The position numbers and the translations under genes are program-made. Below are positions 47,660-57,104 of a DNA stretch of 64,000 bases, one piece after another. How positions within the stretch are numbered: position 1 is the stretch's first letter; every line of letters begins with the position of its first letter. The stretch lies in assembly GCA_019058295.1 (NCBI GenBank), contig JAHPZI010000028.1:128001-192000 (forward strand), written 5' to 3'. The notes under the pieces are model-generated. The model did not search any database. It had not been told where the DNA came from and saw only the letters and a list, made by a program, of their open reading frames with translations. The DNA is from Promethearchaeota archaeon (GTDB taxonomy: Archaea > Asgardarchaeota > Lokiarchaeia > Sigyniarchaeales > SOKP01).

Positions 47660-49132
47660 TTACATCAGCTCCTCCGAGGTTATAATTCCAACAACTTTTT
47701 TATTATCGTCAATAACCGGCAAAGCTGAAATATTATTATTTCTCATTCTTCTAGCTGCAACATCTATAGGATCGTTATCAGAAGCTGTAACTACTCGCTT
47801 TGTGATTATTTCTTTTAAATCACTCTTGTTTTGTGCCAATGCTTTAGTAATATCAAAACTAGTAACTATTCCTTGCAAAATTTTTGCTCGATTAGTTATT
47901 ACTATGTGATTCATATTATTCTCAATAATTTTTTCGGCAACAATTTTAATATCACAATCATCATAACAAATTATTGCTTTCTTTTTTAAATCCTTTACAA
48001 ACTTTAATTCTGAAATTTGTTTTAATGGTTTAAAAATAGTTTCTGTAGATAATGTTTCAGCAGGAGAGTTTAATAAAAATTCTCCATTTTTTATCCATTT
48101 TTTAAGAGTTTCAGCAATTTTTCTTGCGTAGAAGATTGATGATAAAGAAGAACATTTTATAAATTTTCCATTGAGTTCGACAAATCCACTTTTTAATTCT
48201 TTATAGCTTACTTGTCGTAGTTTTGGTCTATCTCTTCTTGGGACTCCATAATCAACAACGTCTGTTAAAATTTCATTGTCGCTAATGGCGGTCTTTTTCG
48301 CTAATCCCTCATTTAAAATTGGAATTGGAATCCCCACTCCAACAAACATAGTTGTACCATATTTTGTATAGGTAGCGCCTCTTAAATATTCTGAAGTCAT
48401 TTGTTTTAAATCTCCTTTAAGAAATAATGTTCCAAATCTATTTTTAGGACTATGTTGTGTACCCTCTCCAAGGACATATCCAACCCCTCCACCTAAAAAT
48501 ATTCTTGTACCAATTCCTATTGTCTCGTAATCTGGATCATTACTTAAAGGACTTAAAGCTCCAGCTCCCGCAAAATGAGCATTTCCAAAACGTGGCAATA
48601 ATTTACCCATATAAGTATATAAGGTTCTATCGGAACTGTTTACCGCACAAACATATCGTTGGTAAGCATTTCTCGGATTACATAAAATTGCTTGGTTTAT
48701 ATCATCGATTGTAACCTCTGTATCAACTTCTGCGAGAGGATAACAATCAGTAGTATATGAGTTTCCTCGAAGTCTAATTGGTTTGCCTCCAACGAGATCT
48801 TCGATTAAATGACCACCACCATATTCAAAGGGTCTGACATCAGCCATTCTAGTACAGCCTATATAACAGTCTGCAGCAGCATTTCCATGATATGCATGGA
48901 CATCATTTAACCAGAGATGCTCATACTTTATTGGAGGATCTGCGTGTCCAAAATTTAGAAAAGCACCACTTGAACACATTGGCCCAAAAGTCCCAGTTGT
49001 GACTATATCTACTTCTTCAGCAGCAACTGTAATCCCTTTTTCTTCAACAATTTTTATCATTTCTTCGGCTGTAACTACCACAACATTGCCATTTTTAATT
49101 TTTTCATTAATTTCAGCATAAGTCTTTGTCAA
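47660..49132 (-). CDS. DUF39-CBS L-aspartate-semialdehyde sulfurtransferase (MA1821/MJ0100-like)
   Basis: KTYAEINEKIK, VVTAEEM, TTGTFGPMCSSGAF, YGGGH, NPRNAYQ, C-terminal CBS pair. Confidence 0.92.
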   Translation of the reverse strand: MTKTYAEINEKIKNGNVVVVTAEEMIKIVEEKGITVAAEEVDIVTTGTFGPMCSSGAFLNFGHADPPIKYEHLWLNDVHAYHGNAAADCYIGCTRMADVRPFEYGGGHLIEDLVGGKPIRLRGNSYTTDCYPLAEVDTEVTIDDINQAILCNPRNAYQRYVCAVNSSDRTLYTYMGKLLPRFGNAHFAGAGALSPLSNDPDYETIGIGTRIFLGGGVGYVLGEGTQHSPKNRFGTLFLKGDLKQMTSEYLRGATYTKYGTTMFVGVGIPIPILNEGLAKKTAISDNEILTDVVDYGVPRRDRPKLRQVSYKELKSGFVELNGKFIKCSSLSSIFYARKIAETLKKWIKNGEFLLNSPAETLSTETIFKPLKQISELKFVKDLKKKAIICYDDCDIKIVAEKIIENNMNHIVITNRAKILQGIVTSFDITKALAQNKSDLKEIITKRVVTASDNDPIDVAARRMRNNNISALPVIDDNKKVVGIITSEELM

Positions 49133-49246
49133 ATTATCACCAATTAGTAGAATTAATTTTAATTAATATTTATAAGCATATATTGTTTATAAATAATTAA
49201 GTACTGAAATATATTGTATATGGATAAATTATAATTTAGATGGATA

Positions 49247-49807
49247 ATGCCAATTCTGCCAGAACTAAAGAGATTAAAAGATTTAAGAAAAGATTTACAT
49301 ATAAGCCAAAAATATATTGAGAAGAATCTAAATATACCTCAAGCAACTATATCCAGAATTGAAAATGGCATCGGTAATCCTTCATATATTACGGTAAAAA
49401 ATATCTTTAATTTCCTGGAAAATGAAAAGTTGAGAAGGGAAAAGTCCGACAAAAAAGTAAAAGACATAATGACTGACAAAATAATATGGGTTGAACCAAA
49501 AACAACAGTTAAAGATACAGTTGAGTTAATGACAAGACATAACGTGTCCCAAATACCTATTTTAGAAGACAATAAAAATATTGGAAGCATAACTGCAAAA
49601 AAAATTCAAAAAGAAATTATAGATAATCCAATATTAATTAATGCTGAAATCACAATAATTATGGAATTACCCTTTCCGGAAATCGAACTAAGCTGGGATA
49701 TTAAAGCAATTTCAAACTTACTGATTATTTATCCAGCGGTATTGGTAAAAAAAAATAATAATTATGTTGGAATAATTACAGATGCCGACTTATTGAAAAT
49801 ATCTTAA
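49247..49807 (+). CDS. HTH-CBS transcriptional regulator (COG3620-like)
   Basis: LRKDLHISQ...QATISRIENG...PSY followed by a CBS pair; divergent from the DUF39 gene. Confidence 0.88.
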   Translation: MPILPELKRLKDLRKDLHISQKYIEKNLNIPQATISRIENGIGNPSYITVKNIFNFLENEKLRREKSDKKVKDIMTDKIIWVEPKTTVKDTVELMTRHNVSQIPILEDNKNIGSITAKKIQKEIIDNPILINAEITIIMELPFPEIELSWDIKAISNLLIIYPAVLVKKNNNYVGIITDADLLKIS

Positions 49808-49979
49808 AAAATTTGATTGTTAAACCTCTTTTTTTGCCTTTCTTTTTTTAAAATCGTCTGGATTTCCTCCTGCCTCTAAATATCCAGCATATATCTATAG
49901 TTTTAATAAGCCTAACCTTTGAAAAAAAAAGTATTAATAAAAAAAAATTTAAATTTTAAAAATTTCCTTCTACATTTAT

Positions 49980-50462
49980 TTAACTTGAAAGAGCTCCTCC
50001 AATTAAGGCTAAAAGCCCACCAAGAATACAGAGATAGAATCCAACGAATGGTACCAAATATCCTGCTGACGCTGCAGCGGTCACCCAAGATGGAACCATA
50101 AAACCCCCATAAACGCCACCAATATAAATTCCCATGCCAAGTATCCCAAAAAGTCCACCAATAAGAGCCGCCTTTGAGTCGCTACCCGACAAAACAAAAG
50201 CAAGAATCGCACCCACAATGATTACTGCCATGCAAATCCCTCCGAGCATATCCAAATCGAAGTTTGACGATGTCATAGAAGCGGTTTGACCTCCATATGA
50301 AGCTGAAGCTACCGCATATGCAAAACCAAACATCCAATAGTACACTGATGCACTAAAACTTACACCATATCCCGAACCAGATATATTGAAAAATAACACT
50401 GGTAAAAACACGGAAATAATCATTAGGGCTCCACCTACTATACATAATGCCTTTTTTGCCAT
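49980..50462 (-). CDS. Gly/Ala-rich 4-TM membrane protein
   Basis: Four hydrophobic helices, with a long loop carrying YYWMFG after TM1. Confidence 0.8.
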   Translation of the reverse strand: MAKKALCIVGGALMIISVFLPVLFFNISGSGYGVSFSASVYYWMFGFAYAVASASYGGQTASMTSSNFDLDMLGGICMAVIIVGAILAFVLSGSDSKAALIGGLFGILGMGIYIGGVYGGFMVPSWVTAAASAGYLVPFVGFYLCILGGLLALIGGALSS

Positions 50463-50667
50463 ATTATTTCACATTTACATTTTTAATTGATTTTTGATGT
50501 ATAAATATTGAAATTTAAATAGGATTTCAATAATAAATACTGACTTTTTTATTATTTAAACTTTATACATTATTTTTGCCTTATTAAAAGAAAAAACTAG
50601 TGCTTAATTATAATTAGGTTCATTCAAATCTAAAAATCTTTATTACAAAATAGAAATTTAAATAGGT

Positions 50668-51597
50668 GTGTCTAAAGAGAAAACAGATAATACTTCTGAT
50701 TCAACTAGTAGGATAATTGCAATTATTTTTTTAATACTTACTACAATACTTTGGGGCACTACTTTTATTATTACGAAAACTATGATTCAAGAAATACCCA
50801 TATTTATATATCTTGGCTTGAGGTTTCTTATTGCTCTCATTGGTTTTGCTCCCTTTTTTTATCGCTTGAAGGAAATAAATAAAAATATTGTTATTTATGG
50901 AAGTGTTGCTGGATTATTATATTTTCTGGCAATAGTTTTTCAAACGTATGGACTTCAAACAACATCAGCTGGAAAGGCAGGTTTTATTACTGGTTTAGCC
51001 TCTGTTATGGTACCATTTATCGTATGGATATTGTATAACAAACCATTAGATAAGAAAATATGGTTTGCAGTCGTTTTGTCAATAATTGGTATGGCATTTT
51101 TAATGTTGGAAGGAGAAAGTGGAATTATAATTGGTGATATTCTTGTTCTAATCTGTGCTTTTTTTTGCGCTCTTTTCATCATAATGAATGATAAATATGT
51201 AAGAATTGTTGATGTATATTTATATTCAATAGTCCAGTTGATTGTTATCACAATGCTCTGCTTTTCATTTTCCTTTCTAATAAATGAGGATTATGATTTA
51301 GCATCAGCAAATATTGGTTTTTGGCTAATTATGATTTATATGGGGCTCATCGTTACAACACTTACTTTCTTTTTTCAAAATTGGAGCCAAAAATATATAG
51401 AACCTAGCAAAACAGCTATTATTTTTACACTTGAACCTGTGTTCGCAGTGTTATTTGCAAGCTGGATTATAGGAAGCGAAGTTTTATCTTGGTTAGGATG
51501 GCTTGGATGTGGTTTGATTTTTATAGCAATTCTAATAACTGTTATAAAATCAGGAGAGAGATTTGAAATTTCTGAGGGAACAGATGAACCTATATAA
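50668..51597 (+). CDS. EamA/DMT family transporter
   Basis: LWGTTF, LRF, TSAGKAGFI, AIIFTLEPVFA; ten TMs. Confidence 0.92.
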   Translation: MSKEKTDNTSDSTSRIIAIIFLILTTILWGTTFIITKTMIQEIPIFIYLGLRFLIALIGFAPFFYRLKEINKNIVIYGSVAGLLYFLAIVFQTYGLQTTSAGKAGFITGLASVMVPFIVWILYNKPLDKKIWFAVVLSIIGMAFLMLEGESGIIIGDILVLICAFFCALFIIMNDKYVRIVDVYLYSIVQLIVITMLCFSFSFLINEDYDLASANIGFWLIMIYMGLIVTTLTFFFQNWSQKYIEPSKTAIIFTLEPVFAVLFASWIIGSEVLSWLGWLGCGLIFIAILITVIKSGERFEISEGTDEPI

Positions 51598-51770
51598 TAA
51601 TTATTGAATATTTAGAAAAAATAAGTATTTTCGCTCTTCATACTTATAACACACGAAATAATAAGCTTAAAATAATCACATTTAAATACTTGAAGAACTA
51701 TACCTATATTAAAGAATATTAATAATATTAATACGATTATTTGTATGTAAAAAAAAACTGTGATTTTATT

Positions 51771-51899
51771 ATGTGTTATTATGGTAATTATTGTAGAAAG
51801 GAAGATTTATTGAAAAGTAAGGTATCAGAATCATCAGAATTAGAATTAGAAGAAATTAAGTTAGAAGAAATAATCCCTGAATTTGAAAAAGCTAATTAA
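51771..51899 (+). CDS. Candidate 42-aa small protein (below ORF-track cutoff)
   Basis: MCYYGNYCRKEDLLKSKVSESSELELEEIKLEEIIPEFEKAN; purine-rich GAA-biased codons; T-tract after the stop. Confidence 0.55.
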   Translation: MCYYGNYCRKEDLLKSKVSESSELELEEIKLEEIIPEFEKAN

Positions 51900-52063
51900 G
51901 GAAAATTCTAATAATTTCTTTTTTTTTTAATCATCTCAGTTCTATTTATCGATTTTAGCAAGTTATTTAAGGAATTTTATAAAATAAGTCATTATTTATA
52001 AACCTAAGAAATAAAATTTACATAAAACATAAAAATTTATAAAAATAAAAAAAGTGTGAACGA

Positions 52064-52261
52064 ATGCCAGGAAAAGAAATTGGAATTGTTGGTGTAATTT
52101 TAGGTCTGATTATGAACATAATTTCAATAATTATTATAGTTTTAACCAATGAAGGCGGAATAAGTCCTATTTATATCGTTGTTCTAATTACCCTTATCTT
52201 AAATATTATCCTAATAATCGGTTTTGTCATACTGATACTCGCTGCGACAAGGGGTACATAG
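52064..52261 (+). CDS. Small two-TM membrane protein
   Basis: Two Ile-rich helices; T-tract downstream. Confidence 0.65.
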   Translation: MPGKEIGIVGVILGLIMNIISIIIIVLTNEGGISPIYIVVLITLILNIILIIGFVILILAATRGT

Positions 52262-52460
52262 AAGTAAAAAATTCAAATTAAGCTAAAAATCTAATTTTTT
52301 TTTTATTAAATCGATTTTATTTATCTAAATTACAAACTTTAGCTAATTACTTAAATTTATATGTTTCTTTTTTTTTAATATTAGTAAGATATATTTTTTA
52401 CTAAATAGATATATATTTTAGTAAATAAATCGTATCTAAGTAAGAAGATAAAACAGGAAA

Positions 52461-52661
52461 TTGAAACAAAATCAACTCGGGAAGAAAGAGATGACAGAAC
52501 AAAAATTAAAAACAAAGTCAAAAGGCTATATCTGTGAAAAGTGCGGTAATATTATGTTCCCGAGAGTGCTTGCTGTTAAAAAATCTAAGAACTTTAATTT
52601 TATAAAAATAATTCAATGTAATGTATGTCGTCATTATGTTGAATTAAAAAAAAAACCATAG
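52461..52661 (+). CDS. Small Zn-ribbon protein (start possibly ATG 52491)
   Basis: CEKCG...CNVC. Confidence 0.7.
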   Translation: MKQNQLGKKEMTEQKLKTKSKGYICEKCGNIMFPRVLAVKKSKNFNFIKIIQCNVCRHYVELKKKP

Positions 52662-52843
52662 ACTTAACGATATCGATAAGCCAAGCTTTTTATATTTACA
52701 CTTTTCTTAAGATTTAATTAGAACTTTCAATCCAAATAGAATAAGTGAATTACATAAAAGGGATTTTTACAAAAACATTAAATATTAATCTATAGATTTT
52801 TTATTTAATCAGATAATTCTTAAAAAAAAATAAAATCAGATCA

Positions 52844-54616
52844 ATGGCTAAAAAGGATTCGAAATCTAAAATGGAAACATCTCCCGTAGAAATTTTGAAG
52901 AAAGAACATGAAAGCTTAATTAAAGCGAAATCTGAAGCTCTAAGCATGCGATTAGAGGAGTTATCTAAAAATAAGAGAATTGAAATAGATGAAATTAAAA
53001 GCCAAATTAGTGCACACGAAAAAGAAATAACTAAGATCGAAGAAAAATTCGCAAAGGAAGAAGCTTCAGTAGAAAAAGACGTTGATGATGAATTTGCTCC
53101 TCAAATAAAGAAAATTACATCAGAATTAGAGATTAAACAGAAGAAATTAGATGAGGCAATTAAAAAGGAAGAAGAACTAACCGTAAAAAAGAAAGCCTTA
53201 ATTGATACTATTAAAAATTTAAAAAAAACCCAAAAATTAGCAATATCTTTAGCAGAAAAATCTAAAGTTCTAAGTACGCAATTAAAAAGCCTTCCAGAAA
53301 AAGAAGAATCCTTGGAGGAAAAAACTACTTCGAAGTTAGGAATTGATAATGAATTTGACACCCAAATAAAGGATATTGACGCTAAATTAAGCGCTGAAGA
53401 GCAGAATTTAGAAGCTATTATCAAAGATATTGACGATTGGACCGTAAAAAAAAATGAATTAAAGGATATAGTAAAAAATTTGAAGAGAGAGAATGGGATC
53501 TTAGAAAAAGCGAGATCTAAAATTCTAAATCCTCGATTAGATGAATTATCTAAAAATAAGAAAAATGAAATAAACGAAATTAGGAAAAATATTAGTGCGA
53601 ACGAGAAAGAAATAACAAAGGTCGAACAAAATTTTGCAAAGAAAGAAGCTTCTTTAGCAAAAGAAGTTGATAATGAATTTGATCCTCAAATAGCTAAAGC
53701 TTTATCAAAATTACAGAAGAAATTAGAAGAAACAATCAAAAAGGTTGATGTAACGCCCGTAAAAAAGGAAGAATTAGTAAGAAAACCAAAAATCGAAGTA
53801 AAACCTAAAAAGGAGATCGCTCCTGAAGAACTTAGAATATGCCCCGCATGTGGGCGAGATACTAAAATTTCTCATAAATTCTGTAAATTTTGCGGTATAA
53901 GCTTTAATCGTATTGATGCTGTTATGACAAAATTATCTGACGCAGAAAAGAAAGAATTAGAGTCAGTTCTTAAAAAAGAGAAAAAGGAGAGAATATGTCC
54001 CGCATGTGGGCGAAAAATTAAACTAGGTATGAAATTCTGTAAATTTTGCGGCGTAGAAATTAGTCGTATTGAAGCAATATTGACAAAAGCAACTAAATCA
54101 GAGGCTAAAGAATTAGGAGCAGTACCTAAAAAGGATTTGAAACCTAAAAAAGTAGTCGCTCCCAAAAAGCAAAAAGCAGGTGTAATAGCAGCCGCTGATA
54201 CGGTAGGGCTATCCGAAACAGAAAAGAAAGAATTGGAAAGAACAGAATCTGAGATGGATATAAAAAAGAAAGAAGTTAAATGTATTGTACATAGAGGGCC
54301 TATCGTTGGAAGTATATATCTCTGTCCAAACTGCATGACCTATTATTGCGTAAAATGCGCTAAAGCATTGAAAGAAAAAGGTGAAGCCTGTTGGTCTTGT
54401 GGAGAAAAGATTGAAATTGCCGTATCTGAATCAGAAATTAAACAAAGAATTAAAGATTATGAGACCAGATTAGATTCTCTTAAAATAACTGTAAAAAATC
54501 TTGATGAAAGTTTCTTCACCGGTGCCATTGGTAAAGAAGAATATATAAAAATGAAAGATTCTCTGACAGAAAAAATAGGGGTTCTATTAAGAGAAATTAA
54601 TAATTATAAAAGTTAG
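52844..54616 (+). CDS. Repeated coiled-coil, two Zn-ribbons, RING/PHD-like 8-ligand finger and SHOCT-like tail
   Basis: Internal repeat RLxELSKNK...EFxPQI; two copies of RICPACGR...FCKFCG; CIVH-x10-CPNC-x4-CVKC-x10-CWSC; GAIGKEEYIKMK. Confidence 0.8.
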   Translation: MAKKDSKSKMETSPVEILKKEHESLIKAKSEALSMRLEELSKNKRIEIDEIKSQISAHEKEITKIEEKFAKEEASVEKDVDDEFAPQIKKITSELEIKQKKLDEAIKKEEELTVKKKALIDTIKNLKKTQKLAISLAEKSKVLSTQLKSLPEKEESLEEKTTSKLGIDNEFDTQIKDIDAKLSAEEQNLEAIIKDIDDWTVKKNELKDIVKNLKRENGILEKARSKILNPRLDELSKNKKNEINEIRKNISANEKEITKVEQNFAKKEASLAKEVDNEFDPQIAKALSKLQKKLEETIKKVDVTPVKKEELVRKPKIEVKPKKEIAPEELRICPACGRDTKISHKFCKFCGISFNRIDAVMTKLSDAEKKELESVLKKEKKERICPACGRKIKLGMKFCKFCGVEISRIEAILTKATKSEAKELGAVPKKDLKPKKVVAPKKQKAGVIAAADTVGLSETEKKELERTESEMDIKKKEVKCIVHRGPIVGSIYLCPNCMTYYCVKCAKALKEKGEACWSCGEKIEIAVSESEIKQRIKDYETRLDSLKITVKNLDESFFTGAIGKEEYIKMKDSLTEKIGVLLREINNYKS

Positions 54617-54809
54617 TTATTCCTTCATCTAAATTTTTAAAATTAACTATATAAATAATTTAAATTTGACTCAATTCAAGGCAAATTAGAATTATATTTT
54701 AAAACACTAAAATAAATCCATTAATAAATTATATAATATATTAATATACTGAAAATCAAATATAATATATCGAATTTTAATATTAAAAATAAAAAGGAAT
54801 AAATGTATT

Positions 54810-55067
54810 ATGAGAATCTCTGTGGAAGATAGTCGGACAGGCAAGCTGATTAAGCTCGATGTAAAAGAACATCATCAGATTGAACGAATTGTAGACATTA
54901 TCGTCAAACATATGGGGATTATTAGCACAGAACAACGCTCATATACTTTAGTTTTGAACGATCAGGAATTGCCTACAACCATAACAATAGAAGATGCTAT
55001 ACACAAATATGGCTTAAAGGAAAATGACAAATTAGCCTTATGGGCTAGAGTAGTTGGGGGCTTTTAA
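54810..55067 (+). CDS. Ubiquitin-like modifier precursor (C-terminal GG-F)
   Basis: Beta-grasp pattern MRISV...GKLIKLDV...YGLKENDKLAL, ending ARVVGGF; adjacent to E2, E1 and JAMM genes. Confidence 0.9.
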   Translation: MRISVEDSRTGKLIKLDVKEHHQIERIVDIIVKHMGIISTEQRSYTLVLNDQELPTTITIEDAIHKYGLKENDKLALWARVVGGF

Positions 55068-55627
55068 TCGTCGATTATAACAATATCGTCATCTGCCTCT
55101 TCTGCTTCTGCTTTTTCAAAATCATACTTTTCTTTAAGATCTGCCATCGTATTATGTTTGAAAAATTCAGTAGCCTCTAAACAAATAGGATAATTTAAAG
55201 GATCATCTGGATTTGGATTTTCTACGAGTAGTTTTAGTGCTTTTACAGTGGTATCCATATCAGATAAGAGAGACCATTTCTTTAAGACATTAAGGCAAAT
55301 GTATCCCGTTCCAGTTTCTCCAGAACCTAATTCGACCGGATGGATATTTGGGTGGAATATAGGGGAATACCAAGCAAAATCTATGCCTCCTGGATAGGGG
55401 AAGTTTCGATTAAGCTTCAGCATAATTTTATGATTCTTTTGAGGGATTAATTCCAAGCTTTGCGATCCCTCCTTTAAAACAAAGCCTAACGATTTTATAT
55501 TTACAATTAATTCAACTGAGTTTTCCTTGCGAATTATACTATTATCCTCAAGAACGTTTAAACGTTTTAAAGACTCCAATTCATTTTCGATACGGTCTTT
55601 CCAAATTTCAAGTGGAAGCTCTGGCAT
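55064..55627 (-). CDS. Ubiquitin-conjugating enzyme E2 (UBC fold)
   Basis: RIENEL, FPYP, PIFHPNI...GYICLNVL, W, NPNPDDPLN; acidic tail. Confidence 0.93.
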   Translation of the reverse strand: MPELPLEIWKDRIENELESLKRLNVLEDNSIIRKENSVELIVNIKSLGFVLKEGSQSLELIPQKNHKIMLKLNRNFPYPGGIDFAWYSPIFHPNIHPVELGSGETGTGYICLNVLKKWSLLSDMDTTVKALKLLVENPNPDDPLNYPICLEATEFFKHNTMADLKEKYDFEKAEAEEADDDIVIIDD

Positions 55628-55706
55628 TTCTAAACCCGTTTATTTAATTATAAATTTTATATACCAATACTAATATTTATAACTTTGTTCATAACCATAT
55701 AAGAAT

Positions 55707-56588
55707 TTATTTTTTATTAAAACTGCAGATCCAACACTTAGGATCTTTTCTTTTTTCTATTATATCAAATTTATTTGTGAGCCCATTGTAATTTAGTTGT
55801 TTATTTATAAGAGGTTCTCCTATATTTGGATGCCATTTTCCATGTTCTTTGAAATAATCTATTCCTAAGACAAATTTTAATACCTGTTGTGTTTGAATTC
55901 CACCAATTATAGCGGTAGTAGTAATTATTGTTGCCATTTTTCCCATTGACTCACCATTTTCGGATTTTATTTCTTGTCCAGTACAGGAAAACTTTTTCCA
56001 CATCAAATTTAAATCAGCACTAGTTATTCCACATTGTAAACAAGCTGCATTTTCAACTCCTGAATATACAGCTTGTACAGAACCAAAAAACTCATCGATA
56101 CCACTGTCAATAAAAGGAATACCATAATAATAGGCATAATTATTTGCTTGAAGTCGGGCTTCGATATTATCGAGACATGAACAGACAACATCAGACTGTT
56201 TATAAAGATTTTTATCAATATCATTTAAATCCTGCTTTAATGCAACAATTTCTACCTCTGAATTTAAATTTTCGCAGGCTTCTTTAACAACATCAACTTT
56301 ATATTTATTTTCAATTGTACATTCCATGTTAAATAATACACACCGATTAAGATTTGATTTTTCAATAATATCATAATCGATTAAAATAATTTTTCTAATC
56401 CCAGTAAGTACTAGATTTTTAATTAATTCATTTCCAGTGGCACCAGCACCCACAACCATAATCGTTGCATTCGATATTTTATTTTGATCCCATCCAGGGA
56501 TTCGTTTTTGACGATCGTAAATATCCTCATCTATCGAATCTAATCCTAATACTTTATAATCTTTATTAATATCTTTTTTTCTAGTCAT
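55707..56588 (-). CDS. Ubiquitin-activating enzyme E1 (ThiF/Uba family)
   Basis: YDRQ, VVGAGATGNE, DYDIIEKSNLNR, CLDNIEAR, CLQC...CWIC Zn site, putative catalytic Cys in FSCTG. Confidence 0.93.
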   Translation of the reverse strand: MTRKKDINKDYKVLGLDSIDEDIYDRQKRIPGWDQNKISNATIMVVGAGATGNELIKNLVLTGIRKIILIDYDIIEKSNLNRCVLFNMECTIENKYKVDVVKEACENLNSEVEIVALKQDLNDIDKNLYKQSDVVCSCLDNIEARLQANNYAYYYGIPFIDSGIDEFFGSVQAVYSGVENAACLQCGITSADLNLMWKKFSCTGQEIKSENGESMGKMATIITTTAIIGGIQTQQVLKFVLGIDYFKEHGKWHPNIGEPLINKQLNYNGLTNKFDIIEKRKDPKCWICSFNKK

Positions 56589-56612
56589 TTTTGTTATGAG
56601 CCAATAAATTAT

Positions 56613-57104
56613 TCATTTTGGGGAAATAATAGCAAAACTTATTGGTTTGTATCCATTTTCAGAATTATTATCAAGACTAAAAAATTTATAATATTTTTTT
56701 ACGGGATCCACGACTAGAGCTACTTGATACGACTCAGGAAAGAAAAATCTCTGAGTTTCCACATCTGTCGAACTCAAGAAACAGCCAAAATCGGGATGTG
56801 AGTGCCACCACCCAACTATTCTTAAGTCTTCATTATTTCTTTTACTTTTTAACTTCTGAAATTTTTTTTCGTATTTACCCGCAGTTCCTTCTATTTGTGT
56901 CGTTGAATATTTATGGCTATGGACAGCACCATTAATAAAAAGTTGATTTTCAATGACAACATAAATTATATCATTCCATTTTAAAATGTTCCCAATTAAG
57001 TAGCCAAAAATTTCTAATTCGTTTTTTGTACATAATTTTTTAATGTTATTTAAAACAGCTTCTTCCATATATACAGGGAATACAAAATTTTCGTCAATTG
57101 TCAT
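56613..57104 (-). CDS. Rpn11-like JAMM isopeptidase
   Basis: LEIFGYLIG...VGWWHSHPDFGCFLSSTD, ALVVDP. Confidence 0.93.
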   Translation of the reverse strand: MTIDENFVFPVYMEEAVLNNIKKLCTKNELEIFGYLIGNILKWNDIIYVVIENQLFINGAVHSHKYSTTQIEGTAGKYEKKFQKLKSKRNNEDLRIVGWWHSHPDFGCFLSSTDVETQRFFFPESYQVALVVDPVKKYYKFFSLDNNSENGYKPISFAIISPK

